Source: Auanema rhodensis (Eukaryota; Animalia; Nematoda). Taken from it: 64,000 bases of DNA. The position numbers were made by a program, and so were the translations under genes. Shown here piece by piece: positions 25,005-43,133 of this stretch; the stretch's first letter is position 1; each line of letters begins with the position of its first letter. The stretch is taken from contig OZ059900.1 in NCBI GenBank assembly GCA_964057225.1, positions 13,950,001 through 14,014,000 on the forward strand, read 5' to 3'. The notes under the pieces are model-generated. The model was not told the DNA's origin, ran no database searches, and saw nothing but the letters and a program-made list of their open reading frames with translations.

Positions 25005-28000
25005 ACTATAATAATACAAATAGATAAATATAATTAAATGATTATTACTAAATTACTTACGTTTATAAATATATAATATAACAGTTCCCCCTTGATAAAT
25101 AAATTCAAAATCACCTACAAACTAATTAAATTAGTGGAAATATACCCTGAAAACAAAAAAATTAGATGAATAATATTAAACATATTGAACATAGTCAAGA
25201 ATAAATGTCATAAAACCTAATGCAAATCATAAGAGAAAAATGTGTGAGAACTTTTGATTCAATCAGATTAGAAGGATTTCTTCTTTAGCACGGTATGTCC
25301 AAAACATAGTGCGTTTGATAGGGATACTAGCAAAGACAAAGGACATTAGGGATGAAAAGTGGGGAGTAATAGAAGAGAAGACGAAGAAAAAGTGTGATGG
25401 AAAAGAGCGAAATGGAGTATGAAAGATGGTTGGCTATGACGGGAATCTGGAAGGGGTAGAGGAGATGAAATAAAACAAAGGACCGCACACAACGAAGATA
25501 AGAAATACCACCAAAGATTCATCAATTGAAATATTCTCATGTCGAATACTGACTTATTTAACAAAGCCGGTTCACCAACACCTGCTACAATGCGTAAATG
25601 TTCAAAATAACGCAAGCAAATAAAAGTAAAGTCGAAACTAAAATATTGAATAATTGAAATGAAACATTTTTCTAAAATCCAAGAAAGAAACAATACTAAA
25701 TTGAAAGAATAAACGATTCTATTTGAAACAAACCTACGCACTCCAAACGCTCTTTATTATGACCCAAAATAATGAGGACATGCATACACATTCAACAGCT
25801 TTGCCTTGAAAAGTCACGTTAATGTTGTCTAGAAGTGGCCTTTAGCGTATGCACTTTAAAATCGATTCGCCTAGTTCGATCAACCTTGATTTGTAAGGAA
25901 AATACTTTACGAAGAAACGAAGGATGAGAAAAAAGATTAACTATTTAATCAAGAAGTCGTTAAATGGTTCAGGGCTATCTCTTTCCTCCATCCGTTTTAA
26001 AATATGTACAGTATAACTAAATGTTCAAGTATTTAATATTCAATAGTAAGGCAAAAAATCGTTTTATACAATGTTTGCAATGTTCAGTTCCTCTTTTTTG
26101 ATGACGAGTGCAACATTGTGGTGGTGGATATTCAATAACAACAAGCAGTTTTCTATAAGATTATAATAGTGGAACAATTTCCTAATTGAAATAAAGTATG
26201 AATTGATTTAAAAATATAATCAAATTTTGAGAAAAGAAATATGTGTCCAACCATCTGGGTGATGTATTCTCAAACAAACTAACAGTTACCCTAGTTTTTT
26301 CATTTCATTTCTCATTCTGAAAAAAGAGATTTTAGACTATCAGTACGTAATTTGTAATTTTGAAATATTATGACTGGCCTGTGAAATTGAATTCAAAATT
26401 TTTAAGCTAAAATTTCTTTTCAAATTATATAGGTTTTCAGCATAAATGCATATTTTTCTCATTTATTGCAAAAGCCATAAATAGTGTCTGATATACTGCA
26501 TATATTAGAATAATGAATACTAGCAATTGCTCCAAACGTTATAATTATTATTGTTTATGTAAAATATTAATAGTGCATCCCCTTTTTAAAATATTTGAAA
26601 CTTGTCATACCAAAAACTAAGAAGAGTAGATTATTAATTAATTCAAGGAAGCTTCCAATTATTAGTTTGCTGAAAATTCACACTATTAGAAATGAGAAGA
26701 GTGTCTAAAGAGTTGATTAATGAAACTCTTCTCACAAATAATTCATCCTTAAATTATGTGAATATTTAATAAAAACTATGATGAAGTACATGATCACTCA
26801 TTTTTTTACCTGTCCTTGTCTGAAACAGTGATTACTTGTCGATATTTTAGTAAAAATTTGTTGTTAGGAATCAACTCAAAACAGCCGGATCATAATCTTG
26901 ACTTTTTTCTCTCTCTTCTATTATCTATAAATTCTCTCATGCATAGAAAATAAGAATATGTATGCATTACTAAATAAGAAAGCCGCTGAAGCGCATCCGT
27001 TGACTTTTAAAATGAACAAGAAACTTTATTTTTTGAACAGTTACTATGTCATATCTTGCTGAAGGCTGATTGATGAATTACCCTGTTCATGTTAGGAAAT
27101 GAGTTCTTCTTGTATAAGAATAACTAACTACTAATCGTTCTATTTATTCTTTCATCAAAACCTTTTCATAATCCTTCATTTGTTTTCGTATTCTTTGACA
27201 TAATCACATTTCTCCTTTGAACAATATTTCGTTTAGAAAAAGTTTTCAAAAATTATATAATTTGCTTAATTTGTTTCCACTATGCCACTAAAAAGAACAG
27301 CATGCTACAATCTCATTAGCATTGTGCCAAAGCAAGCGTTTTTGTAAATAAATAGCTTTTTGTTTGGGGAGATATAACTAAAGGTTTCAAATAACTCAGG
27401 AAATTTCTCAGATTACCACTATAACTAACAGAAAATAGAAAAGTTTTATAATTATTTCTAAGCTCTTAGTTATTATTTGCTGCACTTCCCGCTAAAATTG
27501 TAAGCTATGACAAAATAAGAAACAACTATTTACAATTTGTCAAATATTCATTCTCATTTAAGTTTTCTTGTGGATGACGAGAAGACAAAACGGGAATAGA
27601 TAGGCCTCTGGGGAACAAACTCTGTACAACAAAACGACACGTTTGCTTCACAATAAGGTTTTTATGCAAGCTGTTTTTTCTCTTGGCTGCCAATCTGAAC
27701 CCGTAGTCTATAGCAATTTTTGATTCGTATTCGTATGAACTATGTTTTTTTATGCAAAATACGAATTATTTTTACAACAAACTTTTTCTTTGATAAATTT
27801 TATTGAAAGTTGACTCATTCATGTTATACACACTCATATTTGTTTTTAGAATTTGAAATGATTAATTTTTGAAAACTATTGAATGAATATACTGCCACTA
27901 ACAACTTGAAATTAAGTTTTATATTTAATAATTAAACCCATATTTCTCTTAATTTTGTTATTTATTATTCTATCTTAAAGTCTTATCTGGCAGCTTACCC

Positions 28001-30269
28001 AAAATCAACGTTTAGAAATAAAAGAAAGCAAGATTCATATAAGGAACTGCGATGTACAGCTAGCTGTCATATTTTTTCTGTGAATTTGCATAGCTATTTC
28101 TTTGTTTTCTGAATTATTCAGCAATTATTCTTGTGTTTTTTTGCTAAGTTATGTTAACAATTTTGATTTGATCATATATTTACCCTAAAATATTTCGATT
28201 TATTGACAATATTTAGTTTAGCTATGCTCGAGTACTTCATTACAAACTGAAAGTAATATTGCTGATGCAAATACTCGTTGGAAAATGTATGATATATGAT
28301 ATGGTAACTGATAGCTAAACGTCTAATTGCTTTTCAAGCTTGTAAATGCGATGATTTGAGAAAAGATGAAAATGTTCGTATTAACGTATTTTATACCGAC
28401 ACATTCTTCCTCAGTATCCTCTTTTTCATTTTCTCTCCGCATCATTTTTATCCTTTATTTCTTAAAACTATGAGATGAACTCAATTACGCTTTTATTCCT
28501 CCCTTCATCACCCATTTGCGGTAGAATTATTGAGCAATTAAATTTTTGGTCGGTTACAGACAGCATAATAAACTTTATTTGATTCAATTGGAATAATATG
28601 AAGCTAGAAAAAAAAATTCATTTTCCGTGTTGTCTCGGTGCTTGAAATAGATTTAGTGAGAAGAATGTTCATGGCTTTTATAAAACATGCAAAAGAGTGC
28701 TCTTAAGCAGTTTACCAGAAATGAAAAATGAGTATAACAATGATGTATTATTTCTAGCGAAAACGGGATCATGTGAAAAACGTTTTCTCATTAACTAACA
28801 TGATCCTTTAACTGAGCTGATATATGAGCTTCAACTAATTTGGTTAACTTAAGCCATACACTAAATTATCTGACATCAAGTATTTCAAACCATTTTGCCG
28901 ACTAGCTTAGACGTTTTCAAACATATATATATATTTTTTTCAAAAAGCAATTTCAAGCTTAAGATTTGAATAATATGGCATTCTTTTTGAATTCCAACCA
29001 CTTTATCTTAGATATTGATTTTTTGTTCAAAATTGTTTGCGTTTGAACTTCAAGCTTTATCTGAATTTATTCTAATCATCTTGAACATTCAAGCAAGCGC
29101 ATGATGAGCATTAATAAAACATTTCATTAACATTTTCTTTTTTATTCGCAAACATGTTTAGGAAGCTAATATTTAAGAATTCTAGCATTCTCACAGTTAC
29201 CTAAAGGAAGTTATACATTAATTCTTCACACACAGATTAAGGAAAAAAGTTCTTTCTCTCTAAGTTCTATTCAAATACTTTCATAAGGGTCAGCAAACTT
29301 TATAATCGTACATCATTCATTATATCCCTCCATTCAATATGCATTAAGTCCTTCATCCACTTCTTCCTCTACATCTTTCTCACAGAGGTTCTCGCACTTC
29401 TCTTAAATAGTCACGCTATTTTCTATTTTTCTCTATCTCTCCAGTATTTTCATAGTTCATTTCAAGTTCTCACGCGCAATTTCGCTATTCTTAAGTTGGA
29501 TTTATTCTTCAATATTAGTGATATAAGCTGATGAATGTAGCTGAACATTGTGTCTTTTAAAAGCATTATTTGTTTATGTGAACACAATGAGTACTCAAGT
29601 TTTTTCTCTTTTTTTCATATCAACTATTTGACTTTTTCAATGTTTTAAAATTTATATATAAAAAATTTCATAATGGATCTTTTTCAGTAATAAATTGTAT
29701 ATTAAAATATATAATTAATGCTCAGCATGGTCATGATGTCCATTGGAACGAATTTTAATTAGTTTTTTATGTACGTATATAGTTTATTCAGCAATTCGAA
29801 AACTATTTTTGAGTTGAATATCACATGATTGGAGAGTATTCCCAAGTCTCATTCCAACAAATGTTATAATTAACGTTTTAGCATAACTTAAAAGGTTAAC
29901 TTAGTACGAAATATTACTTATGAATTCTTTATTGAGAATGAAAAAGTTTAAAAAAAATACATAAAAAGAAATATTTTTAAAATTTGCATCCAAAAAAATA
30001 TTAATCAAGCTTTGGAATGATAAATTTCTTCTGGATACCTATATTGCCCTTTCTTAAGCTGTCAAAAACCAGTTTTTTATGTGTGCCGACACAAGGACAG
30101 AAGAAGTTTTCTACGAAATGCTTGTTCACCTTCGAACGGGCTTCAAAAAATGCATAATAAAAAAAAATTAAAATTTTTTTGTTTGATTCGTTGAGATAAG
30201 AAATATTATGATAGTTGGTTTCGTTCAGTTAAAAATAAGCGTATGGAATTTTGTGCAATTGGGCGTTTA

Positions 30270-30310
30270 GACAAGTTGTTCCGCGGCAATGACGTAACAC
30301 GCGCCTTTTT
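30270..30310. promoter_or_regulatory. CpG-rich element upstream of grk-1 with CRE-like TGACGTAA and CGCGCC
   Basis: gttgttccgcggcaatgacgtaacacgcgcc, ~290 bp upstream of the ATG. Confidence 0.35.
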
Positions 30311-30587
30311 CAATTACAGCAGCAGTTTGATATAATAATCAAGTTAACCGATTTATATTCATGGTAGTCCATTTTTTTCAGTTTTTTTCTCTGGTGTATA
30401 ATCCTCGTTTTTATTTCGTTTGTGTATATTCGTATATGGTTTTTTTCACAATGTTATTGTATATTGACTGAGTTATGTATATTTTTCAGGCAAAAATCAA
30501 CTCAATTACTGCTTTATCTGATATTGATCTAGTTTGTAAAGCAATTTTGATATTTAAGACTTCTGAAAGTCAAGAGAGATTCTCCAT

Positions 30588-33560
<2,973 letters not shown>

Positions 33561-36401
33561 ATCAGTTGCGTATTTTATTTCAGTAAAATTCTTTATTTAT
33601 TCCAACAGAGATTGCACTATGCATTGATAGATAAATAAAAAAGAAAATATAAAAATATTTTAAGAAATGTAAGTTGGTTAAGTCTTCAAATTTTGATTTT
33701 TACATTTAATTTCAGATTTCTCAATTAGCTACAGCGCTTTCAATGCATTAACGTTATTAATATTTATAAAGTATCAAATGATTGTATCATATTTGAATGT
33801 TAACCATTCCTCCAACGTTATGGATTTCTTCATAAACATTATCAAAACATGTATGATTATCATATTCTATTGATAACTCAAATGGTGAAAAATATTTCAT
33901 TGAACATGTTCAATTGTACGTATATATATAGCTATATCTATGTATATATATATAGTTATATCAATTACTTTAATCATAATTTGTTAATTTTTTGTTCGGC
34001 TATTTCTTGCTATTTATACTACAATTACCTATATTTTATATACTATGTTACATTTTTTGACAATTAAGCCTACGTGACAAATGAAAAGTGCATATTTTTT
34101 AATGAGATCTAATGTTTTGTCTTGTTCTCTTCTTTACATAACATCATTCTTATGATTGTTTGTGGTACTCATGAGCTCAAACTCTTGGCAGCTGCATTGT
34201 TCATTGCCTTTCAAATTTGATATACCAATATTACATTACTAATAAAAATAACTTAAGCGTTACATGAGATGCATTTGTATAATATGTTGAACAACTATTG
34301 TATATGATTGTTGAAATTTAAAGAAGCTTTAATATATCGAACATTTTTCTTTTTTTTTTAATTACGCTTCCTGTGGAATGCTTTCTATAAGATTTTTTAT
34401 CTATTAGTTTTGAAATTTTATTTTATGATTTTCAACCTTTTTTTGCTTTTCTCTATGTACATAACGGTATTTTTTTCTTTTTTTTAAAGTTTGTACAATA
34501 CATGACTAGTAATTTCATAACACCTCCATCCTATCTCTGCTATTGTATCATTTTTAAAATATGAAGAAAAAGTGCTTTGAATTGAATGCATTATCCTGAT
34601 TTTTATACTTTTTCCCAGTTATATTGAATGAATCAGATTAGTTCCCATTTATGTTGTTCGTATGAAAATTATTTTTACAGTGATAGCTTCTGAATAGATG
34701 TGTTGAAATTTTTAAAAAAATTTATGAAAATGCAGTTAATTCACCTTCAATTTCAAAATTTTCTTATTAAAACTATATCCATTTATACATAAGAAATATT
34801 CATTTATCATTTAGTTACCGAGCAGAATTAAAAAAATTCTGAAAAAAAAATAATTTCGAGCAACTATATTTCACAGCTAAGTATGAGCAAGACATCTTAT
34901 GTGGTTCAAGAATATAAAGGAGCTGGGGGTAATGAGTCTCACCAGTACTAGAAAGGCATTCAATGTCAGACACGCAGAACAAATAAGTCGATTCGAGCTG
35001 CATGCATATTTCTCTGAATATAACCTCCGTTCGATATATCCGTGCTTCTTCTTTGGATACTCAACGCTCACAACTTTATCAAAAATCCATTACAAGACGA
35101 GCATATCAACTCGTATTGCACTTTTATGTCTTACTAGCAGTTGCAACATCTTTTTTTTAATTTTGCGGCCGAAGAATAACTTTAGAAATATGAGAATATT
35201 CAAAGGACACTGTCTCAATTAAAATATCAGATAAGTAACTCAGCTATTAAACTTGTTTTCAAACTTTTTACAACGTTGTCATCGTATTAAATTTAAATTA
35301 ATTGTATATAAATGAACATTTTAACAGCTGCATTCATGTATCTCCTTTTCTATACACTCAGTTTCTGTCATCAAAGCCTTATTAACATCAACAAACAAAA
35401 CCGGCAATATAATTAAAACAGGATAAACCAAATATAATAGTCCGTGTGAATATGTTTCGTTTCCGATTAAACCTTTTTTTTTGTTCTCAATTCAACACAT
35501 GTAAGAGCTTTATTTTAAAAACTTGAATATTTTGAATGCTAAGGAATTTTCAAATAAAAACTACGATTATTCATCATTTCAAAAAATAATCCCGTTTAAT
35601 GAACGTTTTTGCCTATTGCAATTAGTTTCCCACACACGAATCTAATTCCCATGCATACACCAAATGAAAGATCGATTCAAAAATCCAGCAGAAAAACGAA
35701 AAGAGATTGTTATTGTAAAATAAGGTTCACGTGCTTTTAAGCCAACAATTTTTTTTCTGCTTCATGCTGTTTTGTAAACACATTCTACTTTCTTTGCACA
35801 TAAAATTCAAATCTTTTTTGTTTAATTATCCAATTTGAATACCAGGCGACTGTAAATATGGTTATAATCACTATCTGGCTTGTATTTTTAAAATGATGCT
35901 TCGTATTTCAATCGTATTTCAACAAATATAAAAACATTATACTATATTAGTTGAATGATACATATCTCCAGAATTAATATCTCAATAATTCACATAAATC
36001 GATTATAGTTCGACATTGCATCTGGAAAAACCAATACCAACGAAAACAAAACCATATATTAGCCTCACCAATTATCGATTGTTTCTAAGTACAACATAAT
36101 CTACACATTTTTTTTGGAAATGTTCAAAATACTTTATATACTATATTCATATATTTATATATATTTATATAAATTAGTTTGTTAAAGCATTGTTTAAGCA
36201 ACAGATCTAATACAAAGTTTTAAAAGCATAATGGTATATTTAAATTGTTTTATCCTATAATAATCCTTTTTTAAACAACATTCTTAAATATTATGCGCGC
36301 ATTGTTTGTCATAAATTGACTCGTCAACTTTTTCTGAATGTATATAATTTCAGAACAGAATTAAACTCATTTAATATATAAATATATTATAATAATTCGT
36401 G

Positions 36402-39400
36402 ATGATAACAGATAAGGAGAAAGAATTATGTCCACGTCTTATTGATTACTTTGTTGTAGTTGGAAAACGATTTCGTTCCAGGTATATTAATATTTTTTCC
36501 TACGAAAATGACAAACATTGCATTATTGAGCAATTTTCAGCAGTACAGTCTCAGAAAAAAACGAACTTCAACCAGGACAAATTCTTCATAGTTATCCAGA
36601 AATATTAAGAAGGTTTTAACAATATTTTCGAACAAATTAGTTAAAAAATGATTTATTAGGTATCCTTCAAATGATCATGACGACTTTCCATTACCATCAG
36701 AAGTTGCAGTATTTTGTCAGCCAGAAGGATGCTCAACATTATGTATGACAAACATATTATTTTTGTTTATATATACTAAATTTTAGCTCATACAAGTTGG
36801 CCCATAGCACGATCAACTTTTTTTATGTTTCAACTAACTGAAAAAGATTCAGCAAAAACTCGATATGGATTTTGTTACAGTTCTCATCAAGCATTTACAC
36901 TGAATCATCTGTCACATGAATCAGAAGAGTCGTGAGTTGTCTTACAGACAGATATTATTAAAAGAATCATAATGTTAAAAAACTTATAATTTAGGCGCGA
37001 GGTGTCATTAACAAGTTTATGCCTTATATCACATCATCCGTTTGTGTCATTCTTTGAAGACATTCTAACTTTTCTCCAGTCTATAATTAGTAACTGTGAT
37101 GCCAGAACTAGAAAAGCATTGAATATCAAGTAATAGCTTCAGTTTCTGAATTCATAATGAATACTTTACTATCGTAGGAATGTAGTGTGGTCAGTATTGA
37201 CAGGAAATTGGATTGAAACAATACCAACTCCTGCAATAAAAGAAATAAAAGAATTGGAAACATATATCCTCACCTTACTCAGTGCACCTGTTCCAGTTCC
37301 TGGAAAGACGAAGCTTGTTATAGCTGTAAGATTTAATTATAGTCTGTATTATAATTATGTGTTTTATTAAGCTTGTGCCAGATAATCAGCTGCCAGATTA
37401 TCAAGTATGCTTACCTGATCATACAAGATTTAATCTAGTAGATTTTCCAATTTACTTACCATTCGAACTATTAGGGATAGATTTAGCTATTCAGGTCCTG
37501 ACTGCTATAATGCTTGAATTTAAGGTAAATTATTATCAATCTAGTTCTCACTTTCCTAAAAAAAACTTATTTATAGGTTGTTATACAGTCAAAAAATTAT
37601 AATGATCTTAGTCTCAGCGTTTTGGCGTTTATAAATTTATTGTATCCGCTTGAATACATGTTTCCAGTTATTCCATTACTTCCAACGTTTTTGCCATCAG
37701 CAGAACAAGTATTTTTTGAATTTTAGTTGTAACCAATACAATTTTTTTCCAATACAGATTTTATTGGCACCTACGCCATTTGTTATTGGTGTTCCTGCTA
37801 TGTTTTTCAAACATAAAAAAATCAAAATTCCCTCGGACATAATTTTAGTTGACGTCGACGCATGTCAAGTTATAGTTCCTGATGATATATGTATACCAGT
37901 GTTACCAGAACCAGAAGCAACAACTTTAAAGGTAGTCTTGCTCTGAAAACAACTTTAAGTCAATTTGGAAGTTTTTTTTAGAAAATTCTTGCCACTGCGC
38001 TAGAAAAAAGGTACACCATAAATGAAGCTCCCAGGCAACCGTTACATAATCCAGAGTATCCACTAATATCTGATACTACAGATGTATCTTTTAGAATTGC
38101 AATGGTAAATTAAAAGTCAAACAACAATACTAATTCTATTGTTTAAGGTCAAATTTTTCAATTCTCCAAACGTTTTTGGAGATTTCAGTGAGCATACTAG
38201 AACATTACGGTTATATCCTCGACCTGTTGTTGCACTTCAAACTGACTCTTTTTTGCGAAGTCGCCCAAATCAATGTCAATTTATTGTTGATCTCTGCAGG
38301 TGGCTTTTATATCCTATCATAGTATATTATTTTGAAACAGGACGCAAGCTGTTGAATATTTTGCTGAATATTGTTTGTGTCCTTCAAACGAAACTTTTGT
38401 TCGGATACAGGCAGGTATTGAAGCCGACTGGCAAGTTGGGGACAAACCCAGATGGTACGCTGACAATTTAATGCCCGTGCGCTTTGTGGTATTCTTTACA
38501 ATTTGGTACAACAAAATTCAAATCCACTTAGGTTTATACGGCATGTTCAAGTGTAGGGTCGTCTTTTTTCAAATGTGATGATGAATATCTCTCGGATAAA
38601 AAAGAAGTTGAAGATATTGCTTCACTTACAAGCTCAAGCAGTTTGAGTGATTTAATATGTGAACGTGTATCAGAAAGTCAGTTTTATAAATAATGATAAA
38701 AATAAGATATGAAAATATCTGTTTAGACGAAGATTGGCTAATCAAGCCTATAACTGAAGTCAGCCATGTCTATAAAGAACCTCTAGAATTAAAACTTCCA
38801 GAAAAGGATAATATATCGGAGAGTTCTGCTAGTAGTGGAAGGTTTGCTTATCATTTTTCGATGCATTCATTTTCTGTTTTGTTAGATCAACTCCATCCTC
38901 TGTCTCTACATCTGCAATGGGTAGTGAAGTAGATTTTGCTCGTTTAGCGAATAATATGGCTTTGAAATCGAATTCGAAAGTATGATATTCCGGCTAAATG
39001 TCCAAGAAAAATATGTTATTCTAGGGATCTTTCTCATTTGATAATGCTGATGATGAAGATGTTGAAAGTACACCTGTTCCTCGTAAACGATTAGATCAAA
39101 CTGATAATGATAACATGGATAGTGCCACAAGTACTGAAAACTCTAGTGATTCTTCAAATAGCTTTAGTAGTATAAAGAAAAAAGGACTTCGTCTCAAAGT
39201 TGGAAAATAAGAAATAAATATAATTATATTTTCATTTGTAGGGTTTATCTTCATTAACAGAATCTGGAGAAAAAGTTCTTGGACAGAACCTGATGTTCAC
39301 TATGGTTGGATACGCAGAAAAATCGCAAGACATATTAAGTCAGGTACGACAATATTTTTATTGTATTATTGATCATTTTGTTTATATTTGTTTAAGGTTA

Positions 39401-42400
39401 TTGGAAAAACAGCTCCAAAAGCTCAGGCGTTGAAAAACCGAGCAATTGCACCTTTAACGGGTTCTACCGCAGATACAGGAAAATCGCCTTCAAACAGTAA
39501 ATCTTCAATACAATCAAGCGTTCAAGCAGCTTCGCAGCAAAATAAAAATCAAATTGCTGTACGAGAAATTTGTGATCAGGTCATTTCCGGCCAAGGAGTT
39601 GGAGTTTTTACATACAATAAGTTGAAAAAGTAAGGATATGTCATATATGATTCAGGAATAATTATATTTAAAGATTAATGGAAGACGAAAGCTTACGAGA
39701 GCTGGCTTGCACTAAACTCAACTTAGGCTTGGAAATGAAATTACAAGAAGATGATTATGTTAAAGAAATAGTAATCTAAGCAGAATTTCTTGTTTTAAAA
39801 TTTAATTTTAGCAACTTTCTCGTGCTCAGTACAAAGGCTACATCAGAGTTCTCCAAGCTTGTATTGCAGGCTTAGAGGTGAAATTGAAATTGTGAATCAA
39901 ATTAATGGCTTAGTTACAGGCTTCGTTTAAAACCCCTGGATGTTGTGGAATGGCTAGCACATTCCATATACTTGAAATCTGTCACACACATTACTGGTCT
40001 CGCAATGATTATGCTACACCGACCAGCTCTTCACATCGTTTTGATTTTCTAACTCCAATTGATTTGAAATCCCCACTAATGTAATGTATATGCATGGGAT
40101 ACGAATTTTAACATTCTTTTATACAGGCCTACCTCAAAACCCATTCAAAAAGTGGATACTGAAGTAGTTAAACCAGATAATACAGTCACACAATCCATAC
40201 AACAGGCTCCGTCTACAAGTGAAGTTGGTAAAATAGAAAATGGCAACGCAAAGAGCACAAAGAGATCACCACCACCAGTGCCTCCACGAATACCTCCCCG
40301 TCCAACCATCAATCAGGTTTGATTAATATATTTTTTGGAATTCTATATGGATGAAGCTTATGTTTTCCAATTAAGAACAAGTCGGCTAATGCTCCTACTT
40401 CATCAATGCCAGTGCAACCACCTCCAACTGGTCCACCTCCTCCTATACCACAGTCGTGTTCTGCTGCTTCAATAGGGCCGCCACCAGCTGGCCTTCCTCC
40501 TCCAAGGCCAATTGTAGACAAACCATCTGTCCAAAATGGACCTACTACGGAAGACAGCAGCTGTTGTTTGAATCGAATAGATAAAACTCTTCCTGGCCAA
40601 ATAGATATAGGGAACGCAGTAGTCAGATCAGACACGCTTGCAACTGATAGTACAGTACAAGAAAAAAGTACCGCTTCCAGTAGTAGCAATTCGGATAATA
40701 AAATTGCTGATCGCACCAAAATAGTTTTGCCAGGGCTCACTGATAATCGAAAAATTTCAACAGTGGATGGAACCAAGCACTATTTATACCAAGACCTCAT
40801 ATGTAAGTTTTTTTGTTTAAATGCTGACAAATGGTTTACTCTCTCAGTACCCACTCATAATCCTTTATGGCAAAACCTTGTATTTTGGGAAAATGTTTTT
40901 GTGGATATAGTTGCACAAGAAAGGGAAATTGTAGGAATGGATGAAGAACCTTCAGAGATGATTGATAGGTATGTATAATCATATTTAGTAGCATATTCTA
41001 TTCCAGATTCATTCAGAAAAATTATAAATATAAAATAAAATTGATTTCAGGTACTGCCAGCTAAGCGATGTTGAGAAGAAAAGATTGGAGCTCGATGAAG
41101 ATCGTCTATTGGGCACACTTCTGCATAATTTAACCAGTTTTATGATTATGTCGGGAACTGGACAGCAATCTATTCAAATGGTTACTTATTCATTCACAAA
41201 GTAAATAAGTTTCAATAAATTTAGAAAGTTCGACGTTTACTGGGAAAGGCGCACGTAGGTCTTTTAGCATCTCAGGGAATCAATAAATTATTAGACGACT
41301 TACCTTCAGAAGTAAGAGGCACATAATCTGATTGTCGAATCATTGTTTACTATTTCAGCAAAGCAATGCTATTCCATTGCGTCCGCTAGGCAGTAGACTT
41401 ATACAGAAACTCAGCTTTGCCGTGTATCTCACACCAAACGCAGAAGGAGAAATGATGTTTGTAGATGTATGCGAAGATGCGATGGTTGTTCGAGCTGTAA
41501 CAGGCTGCGTAGTAGAGCGATGGTGGTATGAACGGCTTGTCAATATGACATACTCACCAAAAACCAAATTATTGTGTATATGGAGTAGACAAGAAGACAA
41601 AGTTCATATGCATACATTTTATACAAAGAAGGTTTGTGCTCATTTGAACGAAATAGTTTATACATTGAACTGAGTTTAGTGTAAAGAGCTTTATGAAGCT
41701 TTAAAGTCTGCAATGAAACGTGCTGCTGATCGAGGACAGTATAACGTTGAAGATCGAGCATTGGGAGGCGAATTCCCAATTCACGATATAGAGCGCAATG
41801 AGGGTGGTTTAATTCAAGTGAGAAGTGATGGAATTGTTATATTATTTGAGAATCATAAAGTAAATTATGGTTTCGAAACGAAGTTATTGAAAATTTGAAT
41901 AATTTAGTTGTTTATCGATTTGAAGAATATCAAAAAGTGCAACACTTTTGGAGGAAATATTTTTCTTCTTGAAGAATACAGTATGTTATTTTTATTTGTA
42001 TTAATTTACTTTTTATAATTTGTTCTAGATAGGGAAACCGGAGCAGTTAATGCCAGACGTTTTTATTCAAATATGGTGGGTTAATTAAATTTTTTTAAGA
42101 TAAATATCAAAATTGCTGGTTAAAATAAAAACAAGCTATATGCTAGCATCTTAAACATGAACGTTGTGTAGTGTTAACTCTGATGTTGTGAGAAAAAAAG
42201 TTCATTGTGATGTTGCTTTTTTCAAAACCATTTGCGTGAATACTGTGCTAATATTTGTATGAATAAGAGAAAATATTAATTTGGAATGGACGATGATCTA
42301 CTTCAGGCACCTGCAATTGCTTTATCGCTGCATCGAGTATTTAGTGTGATGTTTGTGGCGAAGCAGTCAGACGAATAACTTCAACAATGACAGATTATAC

Positions 42401-43133
42401 ATATCTTCTTCATTACATGGATTCTGATTTGTTTAGTAATTGCATGTCTTGTAGCGCTGTTGTGCGATTTATGGTTTTTCAGACGATGCCTTCTGTAATA
42501 AGTACCGTATAGTTTTGAACTGTAGTATTAATAACGATTCCTTAACAACCCTGGTGAAACATATCTTAATCCATATTCACGCATGCCTTAGCACATTTTT
42601 AATTTTTTGTTTATCAAATTCAAGTTGTTGTTATAATGCTATAATAGCTTATTAGTTAGTTATAGTTAGTGTGTCAATACTTAATGTGTCTGTTATACGT
42701 GATTGTTATTACGGATTATTTATGCCTTAATTCATAAATTTTATTGACATTTAGTTAATAAAATCACTCTCTGGCTTTATATTATAAATTATTATTTATT
42801 ATTTCAAGTAAATCAAACTACTTATTAATGCGAATTAAAAAAAAATGAAAGAAAGAATATGATTTTTCAATTCAATTGGCAGCAATCAGCCATTCGAATG
42901 ATTTTATACAGTTGTCAGCATTTTCATTTCGAATATCTAAATATTCTCGAAGTTTTTATAAATTTAATTGTTTCATGTGAATACTATTTGAGCTGATGCT
43001 TCAAACAATCTTAATTATATATAGTTTTCTTTTCAATCAGGCTGATCAAATAACATATGCTGTTCTATGCGTCTTTTCTGTAGCGGCTGCTAAATCGAGA
43101 CATGATGACATCAAAACTAATATCAGGAACTAA
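36402..43133 (+). CDS. aex-3: MADD/DENN-domain Rab3/Rab27 GEF, multi-exon
   Basis: [23 protein letters not shown]; FCQPEGC; LCLISHHPF; [11 protein letters not shown]; [13 protein letters not shown]; [12 protein letters not shown]; [17 protein letters not shown]; [18 protein letters not shown]; terminal [14 protein letters not shown]. Confidence 0.95.
42307..42378 (+). CDS. aex-3: Alternative terminal exon of aex-3 ([23 protein letters not shown])
   Basis: CTTCAG acceptor, phase 0 matching the donor after 42075; aligns with the distal exon 43041-43133 ([18 protein letters not shown]). Confidence 0.7.
   Translation, partial: APAIALSLHRVFSVMFVAKQSDE

Noticed and set aside
25346-25741. 131-aa hydrophobic ORF, and the similar 161-aa ORF at 59102-59587
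   Set aside because: F/S/L-rich translations of pyrimidine-rich non-coding tracts with no splice or motif support.
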